Shown here: in pieces, positions 57,196-64,000 of the stretch | Layout of the letters: each line of letters starts with the position of its first letter | How positions within the stretch are numbered: position 1 is the stretch's first letter | Source: Nitrospirota bacterium | GTDB taxonomy: Bacteria; Nitrospirota; Nitrospiria; JACQBW01 | Assembly: GCA_016178585.1 (NCBI GenBank) | Contig: JACOTA010000011.1 | Span: 20,341-84,340 of the forward strand | Length of the DNA: 64,000 nucleotides | Direction of reading: 5' to 3' | Notes under the pieces: model-generated | Seen by the model: only the letters and a program-made list of their open reading frames with translations | Database searches by the model: none | What the model was told of the DNA's origin: nothing | Translations under genes and position numbers: made by a program

Positions 57196-58521
57196 TTGCA
57201 TAAAAAAGATGATTCTGGTTCCGAAAAAAGCCTTTCTTATGGCATAAAGGATGGCGCTTCCTATTCCATGATGACGGGGATAGGTGAAAGCTATCTCATT
57301 CCCTTTGCCCTTTTTTTTAAAGCTTCGAGCACTGAGATTGGTTTTATTGTGTCTGTTCCCCAATTATTTGGCGCTTTCTTTCAACTTTTTTCGGTTTACC
57401 TCCTTTCCAGTTTAAATAATCGCAAACAACTGATCTTATCCGGTGTCGGCCTTCAAGCCGTGGCCTGGCTTCCTTTATTATGGATGCCTCTCCTGATTCC
57501 TGAACACGCCCTTTTTTTTCTGGGTCTTGGCGCTTCACTTTATTTCTTGCTCGGTAATTTAGCCAGCCCCCCCTGGAACAGCCTGATGGGAGATTTGGTT
57601 CCTCGCGGCCAGCGGGGGAACTATTTTGGCCGGAGAACAAAAATTATGAGCCTCTGTTCTTTTTCGGGGCTTTGCGCAGGGGGAGTGACGCTTCATTTCA
57701 CTCATGCGGCGGGACACCCGGCCGCGGGATTTATTCTGATTTTTATGCTGGCGGCCGTCTTCAGGATTTTTTCTTTTTATTACCTAAAAAAAATGGAGGA
57801 ACCTTCTTTAAGTTCCTCCATTGAAAAATTTTACCTGACCCATTTTTACCGGCACTTTAAACATTCAAACTTTTTAAGGTTTGTGATTTTTTCGGCCCTC
57901 ATTTCATTTTCCGTTCAGGTTGCCGCTCCTTTTTTTGCTGTTTATATGCTCCGCGACCTCCATTTTACCTATCTGCAATATATGCTGGTTGCGGCGACGG
58001 CTGTTTTAAGCCAATATTTGACTTTTCTCTACTGGGGAAATTTTTCCGACCGTTTTGGAAACCGGATGGTATTAAAGATTACAGGATTAATGTTGCCGTT
58101 CCTTCCCATCATGTGGCTTTTTTCGCCCAATTTCTATTATATTCTAACGATTCAAATTCTTTCAGGATTTATCTGGGCAGGATTCAGCTTAAGTATCACC
58201 ATATTTATCTTTGACGCGGTTTCTTCTGAAAAAAGGGCGGTCTGTATTGCCGTTTATAGCACCCTCAACGCCCTGGGCATTTTTTTTGGCGCAATGGTTG
58301 GAGGGCTTTTAACGAATATCTTTCCAGTCTCTTTCGATATCCTTCACTGGAGTTTCCACCTTAGATCAAAACTTTTGTTTTTGTTTTTCATTTCAGGAGC
58401 ATTACGACTTATCGTCTATCTGACGTTCCTTCCAAAAATTCAGGAAGTCCGGGAAGTGGAAGCTTTTTCCTTCAAACAGGCGTTCTACAAACATCTACGT
58501 TCTACCCACCCTTATAAATAA
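57196..58521 (+). CDS. MFS transporter
   Basis: 441 aa with about 12 TMs and the MFS loop motif (…GDLVPRGQRGNYFGRR…). The track start at 57196 is TTG, and an internal ATG at 57268 is possible. Confidence 0.7.
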   Translation: MHKKDDSGSEKSLSYGIKDGASYSMMTGIGESYLIPFALFFKASSTEIGFIVSVPQLFGAFFQLFSVYLLSSLNNRKQLILSGVGLQAVAWLPLLWMPLLIPEHALFFLGLGASLYFLLGNLASPPWNSLMGDLVPRGQRGNYFGRRTKIMSLCSFSGLCAGGVTLHFTHAAGHPAAGFILIFMLAAVFRIFSFYYLKKMEEPSLSSSIEKFYLTHFYRHFKHSNFLRFVIFSALISFSVQVAAPFFAVYMLRDLHFTYLQYMLVAATAVLSQYLTFLYWGNFSDRFGNRMVLKITGLMLPFLPIMWLFSPNFYYILTIQILSGFIWAGFSLSITIFIFDAVSSEKRAVCIAVYSTLNALGIFFGAMVGGLLTNIFPVSFDILHWSFHLRSKLLFLFFISGALRLIVYLTFLPKIQEVREVEAFSFKQAFYKHLRSTHPYK

Positions 58522-58586
58522 AAAACTCCCATTTGACCCGTGACCGTGATGGAATCCTCCTCCCATGGCCTGAAAAAAGGGATGTT

Positions 58587-59906
58587 TTATTTTTCCTTAT
58601 CTTTTTTACCTTTTGACATCCATTCTTTGATCTGTTTTTCATAACCGGAATCTTTGGGAAGATAAAACCTTTCGTGAAGGAGTTTATCCGGTAAATAGGT
58701 CTGCTCTTTAGCCTTCACAGGTTCCGAATGAGGGTACTGATACCCCTCTCCATACCCAAGTTCTTTCATTAAAGAGGTGGGGGCATTCCGAAGGTGAAGC
58801 GGAACCGGGAGACTTCCCCTTTTTTTAACGGCTTCCAAGGCGTTTTTATAGGCCATGTAGCTTGCGTTGCTTTTTGGGGCGGTGGCCATATAGGTGACGG
58901 CCTGACTTAGCGGGATCCATCCCTCGGCAAGACCAACGGCCTGAAACGCCTGCTGGGCGGCGACAGCAATCGGCAAGGCGTTGGGGTCAGCGTTTCCGAT
59001 ATCTTCCGAGGCGAAAACAATCATCCTTCTGGCGATAAAAAGAGGGTCTTCCCCAGCCTCCAGCATTCTCGCCAGCCAATAGACAGAAGCGTCAGGATCA
59101 CTCCCTCTCATGCTCTTGATAAAAGCCGAAATCGTATTATAATGTTCTTCGCTCTGTTTATCGTAAAAAAGAATCCGGCTTTGAGCCGCTTCGCGAACCT
59201 CTTTATCGGTCACAACCTTTTGATCATGAAGTTCCGGGGCGAGGTTTACGCAAGCTTCTAACAAATTGAGCGCCCTTCTGGCATCTCCTTCAGCCCACTC
59301 CGCAATCTCTCTTAAAACAGGGTCGTCAATCTTCAGCGTCATTTTTCCTAACCCCTGCCCGGGGTCATCGATGGCCCTTTGAAGTATGGCAGTGACCTGG
59401 TGAAGCTCTAACGGTTTAAGGGCGAGGACTTTACACCGTGAGAGGAGCGGGGCGTTGACTGAAAAACTCGGATTTTCCGTGGTGGCGCCCAATAGAATCA
59501 GGGTGCCATCTTCAAGATGGGGGAGAAAGGCGTCCTGTTGACTCCGGTTAAACCGGTGAATTTCATCGACGAATAATAGGGTTTTTTGACCCGAGCTTTG
59601 AAACCTGAATTTGGCTTCGGCAACAATTTCCCGCACCTCTTTCACCCCTGAAAGAACCGCTGAGAAGAAAACATAAAAACAACCGGTCATATGGGCAATT
59701 AAATGGGCGAGGGTTGTCTTTCCCGAACCGGGAGGCCCCCACAAGACCAGCGAAGGAGGGTGGTTTTTCAGCGCTTCGGGGGATAAAATCTTGCCCGGGC
59801 CGATTAAATGCTCCTGGCCAAAAAACTCTTCAAAGGCTTTTGGCCGCATACGGTCGGCTAAAGGCCGATCCGGGTTTTGCTGGCCACTCTGTGAAAAAAG
59901 ATCCAT
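58587..59906 (-). CDS. rarA: replication-associated recombination protein A (RarA/MgsA AAA+ ATPase)
   Basis: The start is set at MDLFSQ… (ATG at 59904-59906 reverse complement). Walker [16 protein letters not shown], Walker [11 protein letters not shown] and a MgsA C-terminal domain are present. The 39-aa N-terminal extension of the track ORF is rejected. Confidence 0.88.
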   Translation of the reverse strand: MDLFSQSGQQNPDRPLADRMRPKAFEEFFGQEHLIGPGKILSPEALKNHPPSLVLWGPPGSGKTTLAHLIAHMTGCFYVFFSAVLSGVKEVREIVAEAKFRFQSSGQKTLLFVDEIHRFNRSQQDAFLPHLEDGTLILLGATTENPSFSVNAPLLSRCKVLALKPLELHQVTAILQRAIDDPGQGLGKMTLKIDDPVLREIAEWAEGDARRALNLLEACVNLAPELHDQKVVTDKEVREAAQSRILFYDKQSEEHYNTISAFIKSMRGSDPDASVYWLARMLEAGEDPLFIARRMIVFASEDIGNADPNALPIAVAAQQAFQAVGLAEGWIPLSQAVTYMATAPKSNASYMAYKNALEAVKKRGSLPVPLHLRNAPTSLMKELGYGEGYQYPHSEPVKAKEQTYLPDKLLHERFYLPKDSGYEKQIKEWMSKGKKDKEK

Positions 59907-59973
59907 AAATAATTCTCTACTTGTTGAAGAATCGAAGCGTTGAAATGGAGAATGAAAAAAAGAAGAAGTCGAA

Positions 59974-60852
59974 TTAGGCGAGGCCGGCTTTTTGAATGAT
60001 CTTGGGTAGCAGATGTTCCGCATTGATGGCCATAATATGAACCCCGTCGCACAAACCCTTTAAATCTTTAATGGTATTGACCGCGATATCAATTCCAAGG
60101 TCGAGGGCCTTTTCTTTTCCAGCTTTTTCGAGCGAAAGAATGAGGGTTTCGGGAACTTTAATTCCCGGAATGTTCTTATTCATATAGGTTGCCATTCCGG
60201 CCGATTTAAGAAGGATAATCCCCGCAATAATTTTCACAGAAAATTTCCGGGCATGGGTCATAAATTTTTCAAACTGAGGGACGTTATAAATCGCCTGGGT
60301 TTGAAAAAACTGTGCGCCCGATTGGACCTTTTTCTCAAACTTTGCGCATTCCAGGTCAAAATTATCCGCTTCAGGGGTTGCCGCCGCTCCGGCAAACAGG
60401 CTGGTGGGCCCGGTTAAATCGTTCCCGGCAAGATCTTTGCCTGAGTTAAGAGCCTTAACGGTTCCCAAAAGTTGATCTAACTGGAGGTCAAAAACAGGTT
60501 TGGAGTCCTTATGGTCGCCGATATGAGGGGGATCGCCGGTTAAAGCAAGAAGATTACGAATTCCCAGAATGTGAGCGCCCAATAGATCAGATTGAATCGC
60601 CAGCCGGTTTCGATCCCGGCAGGTCATCTGCATAATCGGGTCAATTCCAAGATCAATGAGTATTTTTGAAATGGCAAGGGGGCAGGTTCTCATGACGCCG
60701 CTCTGGTTATCGGTGATGTTGACCCCGTCCACCATTCCGGCAACCGCCTTCCCGTTTTTAACCAGGGTGTCGATGTCGGTCCCTTTCGGGGGTCCAAATT
60801 CGGCCGTGACCGCGAATTTACCTTTTTTAAGTGTCTCTTGAAACCGTTTCAT
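59974..60852 (-). CDS. metF: methylenetetrahydrofolate reductase
   Basis: 292 aa (…FAVTAEFGPPKG…, …NITDNQSGVMR…, …LALTGDPP…). Confidence 0.85.
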   Translation of the reverse strand: MKRFQETLKKGKFAVTAEFGPPKGTDIDTLVKNGKAVAGMVDGVNITDNQSGVMRTCPLAISKILIDLGIDPIMQMTCRDRNRLAIQSDLLGAHILGIRNLLALTGDPPHIGDHKDSKPVFDLQLDQLLGTVKALNSGKDLAGNDLTGPTSLFAGAAATPEADNFDLECAKFEKKVQSGAQFFQTQAIYNVPQFEKFMTHARKFSVKIIAGIILLKSAGMATYMNKNIPGIKVPETLILSLEKAGKEKALDLGIDIAVNTIKDLKGLCDGVHIMAINAEHLLPKIIQKAGLA

Positions 60853-60951
60853 AAATTCTTAAATCAGGTGAAAAATTCCTTAAAATCCAGACAATTTTGG
60901 GACATCCTAGTGTAGTGTCCGCTAAATAACTGGACAACTATTTATGATTAT

Positions 60952-61036
60952 ACCCCTCCCTTGATGGGAGGGGTAGGGGAGGGTGAAAGGTGATCTGTTC
61001 CCCTCTCCCAGCCTCTCCCACAAGGGGAGAGGAGTC
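60952..61036. repeat. cluster of G/C-rich palindromic hairpins (CCCCTCCC ttgat GGGAGGGG; GGGGAGGG…CCCCTCTCCC; CTCTCCC acaa GGGGAGAG)
   Basis: A perfect 8-bp stem-loop lies at 60953-60973, with two further related hairpins within 60 nt. All sit in the divergent metF/HIT intergenic region. Confidence 0.7.
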
Positions 61037-61234
61037 GTGTAATACTGGAAGGAAAATCAAAGGGGCTTGCAAAACTCCTATTCAAACTGCATTGGTCCTC
61101 CCATAACTCCGGGTAAGGTTTTGCAATATAACATTTTTCGATCATTTTGCCCGCAGTTTTGACTTGAACGAAATCGGTTTTTCTCTTATTCTAAATCAAT
61201 TTAGACTAAAATTTTTTAACGATTTGGAAAAAAA

Positions 61235-61648
61235 TTGAATCATCGCTGTGCTGTTTGTCAGCACCTCAGGGAACCTTCCTTTCTAAAAATTAAAGAATAC
61301 CCCGACTCCGTTCTTTACCTGAACGAAGACCAGTTTTTTAAAGGCTATTGTATCCTGGAATATAAAAAACATGTGAAAGAGTTTTTTGACCTGTCCGAAG
61401 AAGAGAGGAAAAACCTGATGAATCATGTCTGCTTTACGGCGAAGGCCTTACAAACAGTATTTTCTCCCGATAAAATAAACTATGAGCTTTTGGGGAATAA
61501 GGTGCCGCATCTCCATTGGCATATTATTCCGCGGTTTAAGACAGACCCTGCCTGGCCGGAACCCGTCTGGACCCGTCCGCATCCTCCAAAAAAATATTCT
61601 ATCGAACAGGCCCAACAGGTCATTTTTGAGATTCAAAAGTGGTTATGA
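61235..61648 (+). CDS. HIT family protein
   Basis: 137 aa with an N-terminal CAVC and the histidine triad HLHWHIIPRF. Confidence 0.8.
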   Translation: MNHRCAVCQHLREPSFLKIKEYPDSVLYLNEDQFFKGYCILEYKKHVKEFFDLSEEERKNLMNHVCFTAKALQTVFSPDKINYELLGNKVPHLHWHIIPRFKTDPAWPEPVWTRPHPPKKYSIEQAQQVIFEIQKWL

Positions 61649-62292
61649 AGAAAGTTAAAGCGGTTTTTTTTGATCTTGACGGGACCCTGGTCGATTCTTT
61701 TCCTGCCATCCAGACCAGTTACAACTACGCTTTAGGCCAGATGAAAAAAGACTTCCAGCTGAGCCTGGCGGAGGTTAAGAAAATAGTTGGGGGAGGTTTA
61801 AGGGAATCTTTTTTTGATCTGGTGGGGAAAGACGATTCTGATAGAGCGGTAACGCTTTTTCGTACAAAATATAAGGAGGTTTATATTCATGAAACTTTTC
61901 TTCTCCCTTATGTTTTTCATGTGATTTCGACTCTTTCCCGTAAAAATCTGATTCTTGGAGTGATTTCCAACAAGTTTGGGGATTTTTCGAGGGGGATTCT
62001 ATCCGAATTTAAACTCCTCCCCTATCTCCCGACCGTTATAGGCGATGGAGACGGTTTTCCATTGAAACCTGATCCGGCCGTCATGAGAGAATTAACAGTC
62101 AAATTTAATCTTTTTCCTGAGGAAGTGATCTACGTGGGAGATGGTCCCATCGATATTAATTTTTGCAGGGCCAGCGGCGTTTACGCTTATGGCATCGCTA
62201 CCGGGAATTATACGCGCGCCGAACTTACGCGGCATTCTCCGGATAGGTTGATGGATTCCCTGGATGAACTTCTGACCGCCCTGGAGTCCTGA
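61639..62292 (+). CDS. HAD-superfamily hydrolase (phosphoglycolate phosphatase-like)
   Basis: Motif I (FFDLDGTLVDS) and motif IV (VGDGPIDI). It overlaps the HIT gene by 10 nt. Confidence 0.8.
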   Translation: MVMKKVKAVFFDLDGTLVDSFPAIQTSYNYALGQMKKDFQLSLAEVKKIVGGGLRESFFDLVGKDDSDRAVTLFRTKYKEVYIHETFLLPYVFHVISTLSRKNLILGVISNKFGDFSRGILSEFKLLPYLPTVIGDGDGFPLKPDPAVMRELTVKFNLFPEEVIYVGDGPIDINFCRASGVYAYGIATGNYTRAELTRHSPDRLMDSLDELLTALES

Positions 62293-62345
62293 TCCGGCTC
62301 ATGGCTTAAGATATCATCGAATCTTTTACGAAATGAAATCTTTGT

Positions 62346-63092
62346 ATGCCTAACGTTATTCTGCAGGTCAAAAACCTCGTTAAAAAATTTGAGAAGACCC
62401 GGGCGGTTAACGGGGTCTCATTTCATGTTTATGAAGGTGAAATCCTGGGGCTGTTAGGGCCTAACGGCGCGGGCAAAACCACTTTAATTGCCATGTTGTT
62501 AGGGGTATTAACGCCGACATCGGGAACGATTTCAATTTTTGACCTTGACTTTCAACACAACCGTGAGAAAATCTTAAGTCAGGTGAATTTTTCATCGACC
62601 TATATTTCCATGCCTCTTTCGTTAAGCGTAAAAGAAAACCTGATTTTTTTTTCTAAACTTTATCATGTCCCCGATTATGAAACGAGGATACGCGAACTTC
62701 TAAAACTTTGTGAAATTGAGCATTTAGGCACTCATTTGACCCGGGATCTTTCTACGGGGCAATTGTCCAGGCTGAATCTGGTCAAGGCCCTTCTCAATCG
62801 TCCCCGCATTTTATTTCTGGATGAGCCAACCGCAAGCCTCGACCCTGATATGGCCGATAAGGCACGGGAATTATTGAAAAATCTTAAAAATCGTTTTCCA
62901 TGTACGATCATCTATACCTCGCATAATATGAAGGAGATGGAGCAAATTTCTGACCGAATTATCTTTTTAAATAGAGGCGAGATTATTGCCGAAGGATCCC
63001 CCCGGCAGATCATGGCGCTTTATCGAAAGAAAAACCTTGAAGAGGTCTTTCTCGAAGTTGTCAGAGGGGAGGTTCCGGATGAAACTTTATAG
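62346..63092 (+). CDS. ABC transporter ATP-binding protein (ABC-2 type exporter ATPase)
   Basis: Walker A GPNGAGKTT, signature LSTGQLSRLNLVKAL and Walker B LFLDEPT. Confidence 0.88.
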   Translation: MPNVILQVKNLVKKFEKTRAVNGVSFHVYEGEILGLLGPNGAGKTTLIAMLLGVLTPTSGTISIFDLDFQHNREKILSQVNFSSTYISMPLSLSVKENLIFFSKLYHVPDYETRIRELLKLCEIEHLGTHLTRDLSTGQLSRLNLVKALLNRPRILFLDEPTASLDPDMADKARELLKNLKNRFPCTIIYTSHNMKEMEQISDRIIFLNRGEIIAEGSPRQIMALYRKKNLEEVFLEVVRGEVPDETL

Positions 63093-63870
63093 AATTTCCG
63101 CGATCATCTACCGCCATTCTCTCCTTTATAAAAGGAGTATGACCCGGTTAATGGAAATCATCTACTGGCCGGTCCTTGACCTGATGGTTTGGGGATTTGT
63201 CAGCCTATACCTTCAAAAATTTCAAGGGAGTCTTCCGCTTTTTGTTTCGTTTTTCTTGGGGTCGTTGATCTTATGGGACATTTTCTTTCGAGCACAACAG
63301 GGAATTTCAATTTCGTTTCTGGAAGAGGTTTGGTCTAGAAATTTACTCAATTTATTTGTCAGTCCTCTGACTTTAAGCGAGTTTATCATGGGAACGTTAA
63401 TCGTCAGCTTAATGAAGGTCGTCGCCACATTTTTGGTGACTTTTTCTCTCGCCCTGATTTTCTACTCATTCAATGTCTTCTCTCTGGGCCTTCCTTTAAT
63501 TTTGTTTTTGTTGAACCTTGTCCTGATGGGGTGGGCGATCGGAATAATGACAACCGGAGCGATTCTCCGTCTCGGACAGGAGGCTGAAGTCCTGGCATGG
63601 GGATTAGCTTTTCTGTTTCAACCGGTGTCAGCGGTTTTTTATCCGGTAACTGTTCTTCCTCCGGTCCTCCAAAAGATTGCTTTTTGGGTTCCTGCCTCCC
63701 ATATTTTTGAGGGAATGAGGGAGGTGATTAACCATCAAACCTTTCCGCTGGTTGAATTGGGATGGGCTTTCGGGTTAAACGGGTTGTATGGGTTAAGCGC
63801 CGTCTTGTTTTTTTCCTCCATGGTAAGACAGGTAAAAGAAAAGGGTTTATTGCTTAAAAGCGGAGAATAA
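63079..63870 (+). CDS. ABC-2 family transporter permease
   Basis: The start is at ATG 63079 (MKLYRISAIIY…), overlapping the ATPase stop by 14 nt. Six TMs are predicted. Confidence 0.8.
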   Translation: MKLYRISAIIYRHSLLYKRSMTRLMEIIYWPVLDLMVWGFVSLYLQKFQGSLPLFVSFFLGSLILWDIFFRAQQGISISFLEEVWSRNLLNLFVSPLTLSEFIMGTLIVSLMKVVATFLVTFSLALIFYSFNVFSLGLPLILFLLNLVLMGWAIGIMTTGAILRLGQEAEVLAWGLAFLFQPVSAVFYPVTVLPPVLQKIAFWVPASHIFEGMREVINHQTFPLVELGWAFGLNGLYGLSAVLFFSSMVRQVKEKGLLLKSGE

Positions 63871-63887
63871 TTGAAAAGGAGAGGTTT

Positions 63888-64000
63888 ATGATGTCGATCC
63901 ACGATAAGTTAAAAAAAATGAATATTAGTCTGCCCCCTCCGCCCATTCCTGTGGCCGCTTATGTTCCAGCCGTAACAGCAGGAGATTTGGTTTTTATCAG
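63888..64000 (+). CDS. RidA/YjgF-family protein (N-terminal fragment; continues beyond window)
   Basis: MMSIHDKLKKMNISLPPPPIPVAAYVPAVTAGDLVFIS matches the RidA N-terminal pattern (LP.P..P.G.Y.P....G.L.F.SGQ). Confidence 0.55.
   Translation, partial: MMSIHDKLKKMNISLPPPPIPVAAYVPAVTAGDLVFI

Noticed and set aside
60853-61234. SAM/SAH riboswitch in the metF leader
   Set aside because: The reverse complement of the region lacks the S-box conserved segments (no kink-turn GA motifs or the GGUGGAGGGA…GCCAAUUCC pattern). Only G/C palindromes are present.

Overview
This is a 64 kb bacterial chromosomal window of roughly 45-50% GC, densely coded on both strands and mostly housekeeping. The recognisable genes include comM (partial), a MacAB-type ABC efflux operon, nfo, a pentaheme c-type cytochrome, an exbB-exbD-exbD-tonB cluster with two TPR proteins, mutS, pdxJ, acpS, nnr, tsaE, a family-4 UDG, apbE, queG, a malic enzyme, moaB, uvrA, a DEAD-box helicase, citrate synthase, hemF, GGDEF/EAL signalling proteins, clpS, mpg, rarA and metF. 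One tRNA-Arg(CCT) sits beside a VapBC-like pair. The most notable feature lies between about 17.4 and 22.7 kb, where composition is mosaic. A RES/Xre toxin-antitoxin pair and a very AT-rich segment (LolA-like lipoprotein) are followed by an abrupt ~60% GC block. In that block three promoter-less genes (CcbP-like Ca-binding protein, NTF2-like DUF4440/SgcJ protein, MBL-fold hydrolase) are each followed or preceded by integron attC-type sites with canonical GCCTAAC...GTTAGGC cores. I read this as an integron gene-cassette array with no integrase in the window (a CALIN-like array or a distal intI). Other points of interest are a 23-40 nt motif (GGGGTTCGGGGGCAT plus GGCCCCTGAGTATAAT) that recurs in the 5' regions of three plus-strand genes, a perfect 32-nt tandem duplication after a SagB/ThcOx-like gene, two inverted YgiT-type zinc-ribbon paralogs flanking a phosphoribosyltransferase, a GAF-GGDEF-EAL gene disrupted by a deletion/frameshift, and a lysine-rich histone-H1-like protein. 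There are no CRISPR arrays and no rRNA. All calls are from reading the sequence and translations; no database searches were run.
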